A DNA stretch of 64,000 nucleotides from the human T2T-CHM13v2.0 reference genome, Homo sapiens. The stretch lies in assembly GCF_009914755.1 (NCBI RefSeq), contig NC_060925.1. One strand, given 5' to 3'. Position numbers and translations under genes: made by a program. This document shows, in pieces, positions 42,403-55,817 of the stretch (position 1 is the first letter of the stretch; each line of letters opens with the position of its first letter). The notes under the pieces are model-generated. The model had not been told where the DNA came from and searched no databases. It worked only from the letters and a program-made list of their open reading frames with translations.

Positions 42403-42441
42403 GCTGGACAATTTGCTTAATATGGCCTATGGCGTAAAGAG
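42403..42441 (+). CDS. ELAVL4: ELAVL4 exon 6, 39-nt cassette (hinge; R-LDNLLNMAYGVK-R)
   Basis: ttctctttgcag|G...AAGAG|gtaatt; symmetric phase 2-2, so it can be skipped in frame. This is the known alternatively spliced Hu hinge exon. Confidence 0.96.
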
Positions 42442-42497
42442 GTAATTAAAACTCCACAGATTGCCAGATGTCCATGTTGGCACAGACTGGGGCTAGA

Positions 42498-42660
42498 ATT
42501 TTTTTTTTTTAATTCACTAACTTTACTTTAAAAGAAAAAAATTCTTCCTTTTTCTTCCACCAGCATGTCAAATTCTTAATTTTAATTTCGGACCTCAGTT
42601 GATTTTGTTTCTTTTAGGGCACACAAAATGTATTTGTGTGTTTCACTTTTTCTTTTATTT
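42498..42660 (+). promoter_or_regulatory. U/AU-rich intronic splicing-regulatory region downstream of exon 6 (Hu-binding; ACTAAC and GCATG motifs)
   Basis: T12 run at 42499-42510, CACTAAC 42515-42521, GCATG 42563-42567 and several U-rich tracts. Hu proteins are known to promote HuD exon 6 inclusion via downstream AU-rich elements. Confidence 0.7.
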
Positions 42661-44411
42661 GCAGGTGGGCTTCTCCTATGGTTCAGGTGCCACAGCTACC
42701 AAGCCCTTAATAATCTGGTCCTTTGAATGGCTCCCCTAAGGGGAAAGGCTCCGACTCTTTGCTGGCTGGTTTTGCAAACTTGCAGAGCAAACTGTTTTGC
42801 ATTAGCAATGCCAAGATTCAGTTAAGAGGGCAGATTCCAGCAAATCAGAATTAGAACATTTTGCTAATTGTGGTTGACAATCTTATGATTTTTCAGTAGA
42901 AAAATTAGATTTTGGACTACCAGCTCTGGCCAAAGGATAAACAAACACGTGGATGACTTTCTAACTCCTGCCCCCACTTCAGTGTGCATTTCAGAGCACA
43001 TCCTGAGAATGAAGTGTATCTGTGTGCACCTCAACCAGGGGTTTCTTTTGTTACAGGTTTTAACAGTTCTTATAAATCCTCCCTTGGTTATATGTTATGT
43101 GTGTTTTAAACTTGCTGTTCCTGTCACTGAAAGGCTTTTTGTGGGGTTGGGGGCCCAGAGTCAAGGCTTTTGGGGCTCTCTGAATGCAGATTCAAAGTTT
43201 TCCAGACCCAGTATGAAATCTGAATCTTGGAAAGTTGGGTGTGTGATGTCACTGTGTCCATGAGATTCCCATATGTGCTTCTGATAAGCTCCACTGCACT
43301 GCTAGGGACATAGTGTCTTCATCATCTTGCTCAGTAGAGCTGCACACTTTAATTCCCCTTCCTACAGTCAAGGGAAAGAGATGTAGTCTTTAATAGTCCA
43401 CATCACACTCCCAGTTCTTTCACTGGCCATCCATGGTAAGTACCCTGACTCTGGGAACTGGTGCATGGTAGAGGAAGTAACCTGACTGCAGACTTCACTA
43501 TCAGAGGACCGGCCTTTCAAATCTCAATCCCAGCATCAATGAGGATAACTATGAATTATCTCCACATTTCCAGCACACTGTTTGCCTGTTCCCAGGGATT
43601 TTACATCTTTCCTAGCTCTATCTCATTCCTTTGCTCCTCTCTGATGTTAGTGAGGTAGTGCTAAATGTTGTGAAAAGAGAAATGCTTATAAATAGATAAG
43701 ATAGGGGAAGACACAGCTGTAGTAGGCCTGCCACCACCTCCTCCACTGCCCCACCCAGAGTAAACATCACTAGCTGATAATAGCATTCTCTTTTCCTATT
43801 GAACCCAGATTTGGATTTAGAACGCTTCCTACCAAAATGCTGCAATTAACTGTCACCAACTAGGATAGAGGCTGTACTTGCAATCTCTTTGCTGGCCCTG
43901 ACCTTTGACTTATAATAAATACTTAGCTGTTTTCTACCTATAAACAGAAAGAGGTCAGTTCACCAGGGTCAACTCACTTGGTTGGAGGATAGAATATTAA
44001 AAAGACAATCTTCAGAAATGATACAAGTTACAAATAGACATGGATTTGCACGTCTAAGGATCTACACCATGATATTTTTTGGCTTTTTCTTGTTAATTGT
44101 TTTTAAACAAGAGGGAAGATTGACTTAGTGAATAATAGCAAAAATATTGTCTATTGAGTTGTTATATTTAGCATATATTCAGTAGCCATTTGATTATCCA
44201 AATTCTAGTTAGATACAGAACTATTCTTTAATAGGACTTTCAAATCTCCAAGAATATTTGCTTATTTTTAAAAACAGTTGTAGCTCACACTTTACACCAT
44301 GCTCTTCCCTAGTTTTTGCTTTCTCTCCTTTTCCTATCTCCCCCAGTAAAACCCTGGCCAAATGAAAAGCAAGAAACTATTCAGTGTATAGCATCAAAAA
44401 TCCGTATATAA

Positions 44412-44728
<317 letters not shown>

Positions 44729-45720
44729 CTATGTAAGTTTGATATGAAACAAAACATTAACAAATATTGTTCTGCTATAGGCACTGGTAACCTAATTGTT
44801 TCATCTGGTACATCCCTCACAAATTACACAAGGATTTATTTCATCAGACAGTGAATAGAATTTAAAGGGTCATTTTTTCTTTTCAGGATTGCACAAAAAC
44901 TGAGAAGATTTCTAAACCTAATACAAAAGCAGTTGTAATAGGGCAAATAACAATTCTATGCTTTTCTAATGTATAGCGATTCAAGATATATAAATGCACA
45001 AACCACTTGCAGTCTTGCTTCAGTGATACTTAGGAATAAATTCCAGATAACATAGCATAAAGGAGTAATACATCTTTATTATTATTGCTTGAGTTTGTGG
45101 GGGAAACCCTTTTGAATAAATGCTAAATGAAACATGAACCACCCATCTGTTTAATAGCAAGAAAGGCCTGTTCATTGTCACGTATCTCCATCCTCACCAA
45201 GAAACATTTGACAACCGTAGGTCAAGGGAGTGCAAAAATGGTAGACTTAAGCACTTTAGGGCCATCTCCTAATCTGCCTTTAAAAAAAAAAACAATGAAA
45301 TTTCCCAAGCACTGGCCAAAGTGAGTCACTTATTCAACCAATAAATATTTATTGAGCATTTTCTATGTGTCACTATATCTGTGAGATTCCCATATGTGCT
45401 CCACTGAATAAACAAATAGAGCCACAGAATGAATGAAATAGACCCTTTCCTCCAAGAGCACATTGTCTATTGTTGGGGTGGGGTGGAGTCGGGGTGGGGT
45501 GGAGTCAGGTTGGGGTGCGCTATGAGCATATACTGTGATAGAACTGTTACAGAGCCTTGCTCTGGGAGCCCTGGGAGTCCCTTATGGTTTTTAGAAATTG
45601 ACCTAGGTCTTTCTCTCAGCATGAACATGCCCTAGCCAGTCAAGCCATTCCCATCAGAGGAAATGACATAGACATTAGTTTTTACATTTTGGTTTTTGAA
45701 CCCTGAAGACTCTCCTGTAA

Positions 45721-46152
<432 letters not shown>

Positions 46153-48745
46153 ATTTCCCATTCTTACTTACTAAAATATATATAGAAATATATACGAACA
46201 AAACACACGCGCGCACACACACACATACACGAAAGAGAGAGAAACAAACTTTTCAAGGCTTATATTCAACCATGGACTTTATAAGCCAGTGTTGCCTAAG
46301 TATTAAAACATTGGATTATCCTGAGGTGTACCAGGAAAGGATTTTATAATGCTTAGAAAAAAAGAAAAAAAAAAAACAAAAAATACCTTTGATGCATTGA
46401 ATGTTCTTTCATAGCTGTCGTTGTTGAATATAATATACATAGATAGCGATGTGCAGGGATTTTTACCCAGCCAGCTAACTTTACTACCTTCCTTGAAGGT
46501 GGATCTTTTTAAGATGACCATTCGCTCATTTGAAGAAGAAAAACAAAAAACAAAAAAAATAATAAAAATAAAACAATTTTTACAAAGTAATGGGATTCAA
46601 AGAAAGGAAAAAAAGATTTTTCTTTTTTGTCAAAATATCGATCCAATCAGATTGGTAAAAACCCCCACACAAATTAAAGAGGAATAATAAAAATTGCAAA
46701 AATAAAAAAAAACTTTTGCAAATTTTTTTATTTTTCCTTCTTTCTTTTATATCATGTGAACTAAAACAGTCTTCTGTTAGGGGATGGGGGCAAGGGGGAT
46801 ACCTGATGACATTAACAATTTAATAACATTAACATTGTTGCCAAAGAGGTGGTCTCTTTGCTGAAAATGGGTTTCAAGAAAAATCTATTTTTATAAAATA
46901 TAAAGAATTTTTACAAGAGAATCTGGATTTGAGAAAAAAATATTTTGACTGGCTAATTTAGGGGAAATTGACAACTTTGTCGCGTTCATACTGCACTGGT
47001 AACTTTTTAGAGATCAAGATGTGTGTTTTAAACTGGATTCGTAGACTGTTTTTTGAAGGATGGGCTATAAACAGATGATCTTCATATCTTTTCATAGCAT
47101 GTAATAATAATTAAAAAACAATTATTAATTACTAGGGGAAAGGAGTGTTCGTTCTACCCAGGGTACCACAGTTCCCCACAGTCAAAACCCAAAAGCAAGG
47201 AGATGAGTTGAAAGACAGTTTTTCTTTAAGTCATCAGTATGGGATGTCAGCAGAACAAAAATTAAAAAGATTAATTTTCCTTTTGATCTAAAACTTCCTT
47301 AGTTTGAGCAGTAGGTGCTACAAAATTATTTACATATCTTAGTATCATAGTTAAATGTAATGTGTTTAGGAGAGGAAAACAAAAGATACATTTGCTTTAA
47401 ATTCATTAAGAAATTTTCAAATTCACTTTGTAGCCCATGCTGATAGAATTGGGCTGTGTTGGTACATTTGAAACACTGTTTATGTTGCTTGAAACACTTA
47501 TTTATTTAATCGCCGATGTGATGATGCCTATGGCCGAGATCAAATATAGCTAGATTGGCTAGACTACTTATTTGTTTACTTAAACTATGGGAAGAAGCAT
47601 ATTATTGTGTCATTCTGTTGTGTGTGTATGTGTATATACAATATAAATATATATATATAAAGTTATTTTTTCTTTGGGTTAATTTATTATAAGTTGTAAC
47701 ACTTGGCTAGTTTTGTTTGTATATGTCTTAAAATGTTTTCTTATGATATTTAAGTGACAGTTAAAGAGGTATCAAGGTAACTTGTGTAGAACTATTCTTT
47801 GATATATTGTCATGTTTGTTGTGAATATTTTTTCTTACTGCACAGTAGAAAAATAAAAACAACTGAGTCTTTATTTTAATGTAACTCAGATTGGGGAAAA
47901 CAAAACAGAGCTAAGGGAACAAAATGACTGAGGGAGCACTCTCCCACGTCCAGTGCACTGATCATTTTAGTATGTTTGTGCTTTGTACGGTTATATATTT
48001 AAAACGAAAACAAAACAAAAAAATACAAGGGTTCATGCTCTTCCCTGGGTAATAGAAACAGTTACTCGCTATGCATAATCTAGTTGATAGTTAAATTTGC
48101 TATTGCTTTTCTTGTCTTGTTATATAAAATCTTTTCAATACAAGTTTAGTCTTAATGGTAATAAAACGTTATGGTTATTTATAACTTGTGCTTATTTTGT
48201 GCATTTTTTCCCATGCTGAACCCACTAAGTGCATGTAGACAGGACTGTTGTTTTCACACTGAAAAGGCAAACTTTGTAGTAGTCGTTGTAGTGGTAGACA
48301 GATAACGAATACCAAGGCTGCATCATAGACTCCTCCTTTAAATTTTTTTTCTGTTTTTTTTTCCTCTTTTCGGTTTTGGATATAACACCAGATTTCAGTT
48401 CAGAGAACACTCGTTCAACATTCAGGGAAAGCTTTTTACGTCACCTGCTATGAATGAACGTAGTTTGCTGGCAAAGTTTTGATGCATTTGCTAAGCATTA
48501 GTGGGAAAGGCATGCCAAAATCTTCTCTATAATGTGTTCAATCTTGGGGGAAAAAAAAAGGAAAAAAAATCTTAGGACCAGGCAGTTGTATACTTTAGTT
48601 ATTAATGAATGACTTCATGTTAATCTTGCTAGTTTAGATGATTTCCAAGGGAAAGTATTGTAAATGTTTTTTTTTCATAATCTTGTTGTGTTTGAATTAT
48701 TTGTACTTTATCTGTCCAGACAATAAATGAAAGTGTGTAGAATGG
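46153..48745 (+). promoter_or_regulatory. ELAVL4: ELAVL4 3'UTR: TE-free, AU-rich, multiple poly(A) signals and miRNA seeds
   Basis: AATAAA at 46561, 46567, 46686, 46701, 47852, 48160 and 48722; ARE nonamer TTATTTATT 47498-47506; no recognisable TE until ~48920. Confidence 0.85.
46195..46202 (+). promoter_or_regulatory. miR-375 8-mer seed site (CGAACAAA)
   Basis: Exact complement of miR-375 nt 2-8 plus A1; further GAACAAA at 47253 and 47917. miR-375 repression of HuD is established. Confidence 0.75.
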
Positions 48746-48790
48746 ATTTGACTTCCCAAATTTTTAAATGTGTTTATTTAAACTTTTTTT
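48702..48790 (+). terminator. Probable major distal polyadenylation site
   Basis: TGTA 48702-05, AATAAA 48722-27, and U/GU-rich downstream element (tttttaaatgtgtttattt); TEs resume just after. Confidence 0.75.
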
Positions 48791-48924
48791 CTGTACCATC
48801 TTCAGATTTCCCCAATATTTTTATCATTAAACCAGGGAAAAGAAAAGGCAGAGTAAAATTTTATTTTACAGCTTAGCCCAGTCTCTTAAAGTCAGCTCGA
48901 TATTCAGAAGTCACTGTTCTGGTT

Positions 48925-49060
48925 CCATGCTATTAAAAGTGTGGTGGTCCCCAACCAGCAGTATCAGCATCATCTGGGAGCTTGTTAGAAATGTAGAATC
49001 TGCATTTAACCAGATCCCCAGGTGAATGAATCACTGGTACTTTCAAGTTTAAGGAGCACT
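48925..49060. mobile_element. MER5A-family DNA transposon
   Basis: gtgtggt..ccagcagtatcagcatcatctgggagcttgttagaaatg..gagcactg. Confidence 0.8.
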
Positions 49061-49169
49061 GCCCTGGTTCATAAGCCAGAACACTTGGCCTTACCTTTGG
49101 TGTTATGATACATTAGCACCTGTTATTCATTTATAAGAAGGCTTGTGACTTGTTCAGAGGACAGGGAGC

Positions 49170-49375
49170 CACCATTTGCAGAGCACCTATTATGTAACGG
49201 GCAGGCTGTATGGTATCCTCTATATTCTCTCACTTTATCCTCAGCAACCCGAGGAGTGTAGACAACCTTATCCTCATTTCACAGATGACAAGACTGAGAC
49301 TCAATAAGAATAGTAACTTGACACCATAAGCAAATTTCCAGCTGGGATTTGAATCCAAGTCTGATTCCACTGCAC
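49170..49375. mobile_element. MIR remnant
   Basis: gagcacctattatg..ctcatttcacagatgacaagactgag..gggatttgaatcc. Confidence 0.65.
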
Positions 49376-52300
49376 AGCACCTCAGCATTAAGGTTGCAGA
49401 ACTTGAGCATTAAGAAATATTAAGAAAGCAGACCATTTGTATTGAAAGTGACAGCTAAGCAAGAAAGGTCATCTTTTTATTTTAGCACTCATTTCTGTTT
49501 AAAAGTAGGAAATATTTGGCTTTCTTACCTTTGAATAGAAACTCAAAACAAGGAATTACTCATAATGTGTCTAAAGAACATGATTTAAGCTCAACCTAGG
49601 GAGAAAAATACTGCCTACATTATCATGAAGTCACATTAAAATATGCCCTGAACTTTACAGATTAGCTTTTTAGTGATTTCCTGATACAATCACTCACTGA
49701 TTATCTACTGTCTTTCATTTTCATTTCCTCACTAACTGAAAATTTATACTCTATAAAACATTGCCATCCATAAACTGACACTTCATGAAATGCCCCCACT
49801 GAGCCAGATGAACAAATAGTCAGATTCTCTTCTATTTCTAATTAACCTCTTTTTTATTATTATATTAAGTTACCACATTAGTTGGAATAATTAAATTCAG
49901 GGCAAAGAATGAGATTTAATTAACCAAGCTAAATATTAAACTTCTAAGTCAGGCTAAACCTCATATAGTTGAACTTAAAGGTTCTTATTATAGTTTTATC
50001 TTAAAGACAAGTCCCTACGTTTCTTTTCTGGAGAAAAAAAAAATGGACATTCAAAAGAACAGTTTCCTACAGGGATAACACAGCTTTACAACCGTGTTTG
50101 TAGGTCTAAAAATGTTGCTGCCAAACCTATGATAGTTGCCAGTCATCACCACCCCTGCTCCTTAAAGGTGCCATTTTAGTGTACTTTAAATGGACGGCTG
50201 CATTATTTTGGAATATCCAAAGTTAGTAGAATCTTCCCAGTTCATAAAGTTCATTCACTAGCCTCCTCCTACAGATCTATGCAGAAAGTTTTACAAATAG
50301 ATGTAGGTATTTAAATAGGTCTTGACAATGTCCATAGAAGACATTCTGCATATACTCTCTCAGAAACACTTTCTAGCATCAGCACAATGTGTCTGCCTAA
50401 CATCTAATAAAAAATTCATCTTGTTGCGAATATAAGCCTGTTACCTTAAATCTCCAGGCAAACATATATAGTTTCTGTAGGTGTTTGTGGAAAACGTCTA
50501 ACAAATCACAAGAATACTGAGATTATTACATTTCTTTGAGGTCCTAGGTACATTGTATTTTGCTTGGTTGAAAAATTGCATGTCATAGAAAGCTGACGGC
50601 ATTTACTTAGTGTTATTTTTGTCAACGTGATAGGAGGAGTGAAAAAAATGTGTTTGTGTCTAAAACCACCCCACATCATCACCATCAACATCAAAACTTT
50701 ACTTACTTCTATTACCGAAGATCAAACACTGACCAAATGATGGTTACTGCCAGAAATTTTGATCACCTGGGGTCCTGTTTATCAAGATCAATCAACCTTT
50801 GTTCATTTGTAAATAAAACATTTTAACCCCCAAAGAATAACATTTAAATGTACGTTTGAAACTCACAAGGTCTTGTGGCGCCCATACTCTCCTTGAGTCA
50901 CTATTTGGGTGTAGATACTTTTAACCTTGTCAAAATGCAGCACACAATTTCCTTTGCCATAGGTAATTCCGGAAACTCCCAGTCCTTGAAATTATTTTGC
51001 CCTTACTTCCTGTAGGCACTATGCATTTGTTCCTTAACAGACACACACAGGCAAACATACAAGGCAAGTATTTGTATAATTATGAATTTTTTAACTTTCA
51101 TCTGTGAATTCAAAAATGATACCTGATAAGATAGCGTTAACAGCAAGAGTGTGTTTTCTAAACCAAAGAGTCATTAAAATCTTAATTTGAGGCCATCCTG
51201 CCTGGATCCTTCCACAGCCTTCATGAAAGCTCACAGAACACAGCTTCTAATATCCTTGCACCCTTGACTGCCTTTGTTCTACCTGAAGAAGAGAATAATA
51301 AAAGGAAATTACATTTTATTTCCATGAGCTGAAATCAAGTTTTAATATTGTCCAGAAATGACTCGTACCATTCCCTTATCTTATTAGCTTTTTGGCGTAT
51401 TAGGTAATAAGATAATTTCTCATGGTACAGTATTTATGTAAGAATCATATTTCTCTCTGTGCAGATCACTTACAGAAGTGTCTGTTAACAGGAGAGAATG
51501 ATACATAATCAGCACTTAAGATTAAAATAGACCTGAGAACATAAAAGTGTTCCTTCAATTAAAGGAATAGCGTTTTTCCCGTCTCATCCTTTTTGTTTCT
51601 GCAACAGAATGAAAACTGGTTTAAAATCACCCAACCCCAGGTTAATTCCCAGAAGGCTTTTCTATGCGAGTTCAGCTTAATCTACTAGTGGTTCAAATGC
51701 AAAGTGGACTCACATGACATTCCAGTATGCCATGTAATTATTTCAAACAATTTTCGGCAAGGTCCCTAAGGTTTAAGAAATTGTTTCTAGAAAGACCACT
51801 GGCATTTATTAAGTTTTTCCTATGGCAGGCACTCTATATGTATATAGCGTTAGTGAGGGGTATCATCCCCCTTTTACATTGAACAGAAAGAAACTCAGAG
51901 AGATTAGGTATTTTGTGAAGGTGTGTAAGTACCAGGTCTGTCTGATCCCCAAGATCCCCAGTTACACACCGTGGCTCCAAGTCCATTATGCTAGAATTAG
52001 AGCCAAAATAATTACCACATGGTCCACACTTCAACTAAAGGTGAGATGAGTCCTATTATGTAGGAAATAAAGGAAATTACATTCATGTACTGTGCCTGAG
52101 TCTAACCCTCTCCCCAAATCTTTAATGGAAAAACAGACCAAATATCAATGGTTTACAAGCAAATTAACAAAGAATAACTAAAAGTGATAGTTTTTAAGCA
52201 CTGTTGCTCTGCAGTATTTAAAAATGAAATTAGTTTGTTAATAGGTCTATTTTAACCACCACAAATCATTGAGGTAGAAAGGAGTTGAGGATAGGACAGA

Positions 52301-54749
52301 CAGGTAAGAATGTTAACAAGCCAACTTAAGGACCATCAGAGCTGGCCCCATGGGTCTCCCCAAGTGATAGCTCCCACTATGACACACAGATGGGTCCATT
52401 GTGTGGACCAATAGCACCATAGTGGCCACTCCTTTCACTATCTGTATTGCCTCTGAATCCTCAGAACAATCCTGGGAAGCATATAAAGTAATCCTCATTT
52501 TACATCTAACAAAAACAGAGAAGTTAAATACCTTGCCTAAGGTTACACAGCATGTTGCAGAGTGGGAATTTGCACAAAAGTCATCCGGTTCCAATACAAT
52601 GTCTTTCTGCTAAACCATATTGCTGGCTTTCAATGTGACACCATTTGTTGATCATCTGCCTAGGTGTGAGGTATGGCAGGGTGGGGGTTGAGGGGAATCA
52701 GTCTAAGCCTTGTCTACACTAGAATCCTTACTCTGAACCCCTGCCATATGCCAGATACTGAGCTAGGGGCACGGCAACAAATAAACATGTCTAGCTTCTT
52801 TTTTTTTTTTTTTTTTGGTATACCTGTTTTGTGCATGAAATTGTGCAGTGGGTTATGACAGAAAACCAAAAAAGCAGGAAAGGAAATTTAGAGTTCTATT
52901 ACGAAGACAAGACCTGTGGAGCAATGATCTGGCCACAGAGATGTAGCACAGGTAACTTTTGTGTTGGAGGGAGAATTTCAGATTGTGAAAATCTGTGGGG
53001 AATGCAAGGAGTATTCTGGGATCCAGGAAGGAAGGAGAGTTTGCCCTGATGGAAAGAGGACTAGCTTTAGTGAAAAAGTTCTGGGTTTGGGTCCCTGGGA
53101 CAAAAATTTAATGTCTCTGAAATTCCTGATCAGAGAAGGGAGGATTAGAAGTAAAATATGCCAAGTTCCTGGCACTGACTGAAGAGTAGCAGGAATTAAA
53201 CAATAGCCAGAAAGAGTTCCCAGAAGAAGAAAACTTTGGCCAGGCCCTTTGGCAGGGAGAGGTGGGTTTAGTGGATGCCCCTGAATGTAAAGAACCAAGA
53301 AATCCTGTTTGGTCACTTCAAGTGAGGGAGGGAAGAAATAGTAGGAATACACGTGGGAATAAGTTGCTGGGAATCTCACTTGGCCTCATGGAACTTAAGC
53401 TGCTTTTGAAATACAGTAAGTCCAGCCACTTGGCAGCAAAAGCTCTGATTGCCCTCAGCAACCAGAGGCCCTATTGGTCCCTCCTCTGGTGTCTGGCCAT
53501 TACAGTGACTCAGCCACTCCATCTCATTCACCCCTGAGAATTAGACCGCTGGGAGCATCATGGAAGAGTCACAGAGACTTCCCCTCAGGGTAAAGGAGTG
53601 GAGGCCACACTAAGGAGCTTAGGTGGGCAGCAGTGGAAAGGGAGAGCACAGGAATAAGAGGAAAAGGGTTGGTCATGCAGGCTGAGGCAGGAAACATCTT
53701 TAGGTAAGCAGAGTACCAGAAGGCTTTTGAGCAAGGAAGTGAGGGCCCTTCGTTCATAAATATCTGGTAAAGGGCAAATATCTCCAAGCCCTACTCCTCT
53801 TGGCTGTAGGAATAAGAAAGAGTCAAAAGTTCAGTCTCAGCCAAGATGGGAAATGAATCCAATTAAACCATTTGTAAAGGGTAGTCCTCCCCTGCTTGTC
53901 ACACAATCAGCCTTGTCATTGCCTGGTTACTTAGCTCTGGAAAGCCCTTGAAAGTCAGTTCAACTTCCTCATTTGAATCCTTGGGAGAAAAAGGGTTTTG
54001 AGTTGTCCTGCCTCCACTTCACCCTATGTAACTAGTTTTCATCTTATTCCACAAATATTAGGGTTCTTCCCCTTAAAATGCCCTTTCCTCCACCCCAAAC
54101 CCACATTTTTCTCAAAGCATGCATGCACCACCCACCTGGCTAATCCTGCTTGTTCAGCTCAGGATTCACTGCCTCCTGGAAACCTTTCTTGACCCTGGCT
54201 GGGTTAAGGATTCCTTGATAATCCCACATCCCTCTGCTTTCCTGTATCACAGCATACTCACATACCATATTTGTACTGCTGCATGCAGCCTCCATGGGGA
54301 CAGAGGAATCAGGCATGGTGCCTGCGCTGGAAAAGCTCAGGTGTAAGCAGAGTATAGAAGGGCAAGAGCAAAGCTGCAGGGTATTTGGGGAGCATAGAGA
54401 AAAGAGCAGTCAATTCTAAATTTGTGGGGTGAGGTAAGGTTGAACTGTAACATGAAAGGAATCCTAGACATGTTTAGGAATCAGCTGTCTCATGAAGGAT
54501 AGAACAGACTTGGACGGGTAGGCACTGGAGTGAGGCAAGGAGCATCCCACTGGGAACAATGGGAGTGATCCAGGACCAGGAGTCAGAATCCTCAGCTCTG
54601 CCCCTGACTTGCTGTGTAGTGTTGGGCAAGTCACTGCCCCTCTCAATTTCCCAGAAGTTAAAGGAAGGTGTGGGATGAGATGGTCTCTGATGGTCTTCCT
54701 CCTGCTGACTCCTAGACATTCTTCTGCCCCTACATTTTTCATAGGGTCA

Positions 54750-55150
54750 GCAAGTATTTATTGGCCACCTATTATGTGTTACTGAGGAAACAATGAGAGG
54801 ATGAAAAGCAGCTATATACAGCTGAGGTGAGTGCTGTCAAGGTCAAGTACAGGCTGTTCTGACAGTGAGCAACAACACCTGCCTGGCTGAGGAGGAGGAA
54901 CACCCTTTCTCAGACAGTGGCATTTGAGCAAAGATCTGAAGGATGAGGACAGTGTGTCCCATCCCAGGCCAGGGGAACAGCATGGGCAAAGGGCCAGAGT
55001 AGACGGCAGCAATGTTCAGCTGAGGGACTGAGAGGAACCCAGTGACTCAGCAGTGGAGAGGGGAATGGGGCTGATGGTAGCAGGGACCAGATTATCAAGG
55101 GTCTTGCAAGCCACAGAAAGGACTTTGATCCTTAAGAGTAATGGGGAGTG
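54750..55150 (-). mobile_element. L2 LINE remnant
   Basis: ccaggccaggggaacagcatgggcaaagggcc..aggactttgatccttaagagtaatggggag. Confidence 0.7.
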
Positions 55151-55817
55151 CCTACATTTCAGCCAATGGATTCTCTTCTCTCAACCTCAGTTTACTCATA
55201 GTGATGAGTAATAATAAATAATAAACCCCCTCTCATATATCTAACCTATATATTTATATCTTTCAATCTATCATCTCCTGTCGGTTCTTTTTCTCTGGAG
55301 AACCTTGACTATTACACTTATCTGTAAAATAGAGATGACTGATAACAGTACTTATAAGGCCTCTTATAAGGGCCTTATTCAGTGTTGAGAGGGTCAAATG
55401 CATTCATATGTGTTAAGTGCTTAAAACACTACCTGGCAGATAGTAATAACTATATAAATGTTTGCTATTACTATAGCTATCATTCTTAATATTAATCTGA
55501 CTAATTCTTACACATGCCTCAAAATTCAACATGAATATCCTCTCCCCGGAGCTCATTCCTCAACCTCTCAGACCAAGTTGTGAACCATTTCTCTGTGTTC
55601 CCAAAGTCCTCTCTTACCCTGTAGAATAGTTTATTGTCTACCTCTATGCCTTCTCCCCTAAACCATAAGCTCATCAATGGCAAGAACTGTGCCCTATTCA
55701 TCAGTACAAGATTGTTCACAAAAAGAATGCCAGTGAAGGTGTGCAGCTGTGGTAGGCTGAATAATGGCCCCCTAAAAATGTCCACATTCTAATCCCAGGG
55801 CATGTGAATATGGTATC

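Noticed and set aside
46421-46687. 88-aa ORF in the 3'UTR
   Set aside because: Non-ATG start; Lys-rich content comes from A-runs.
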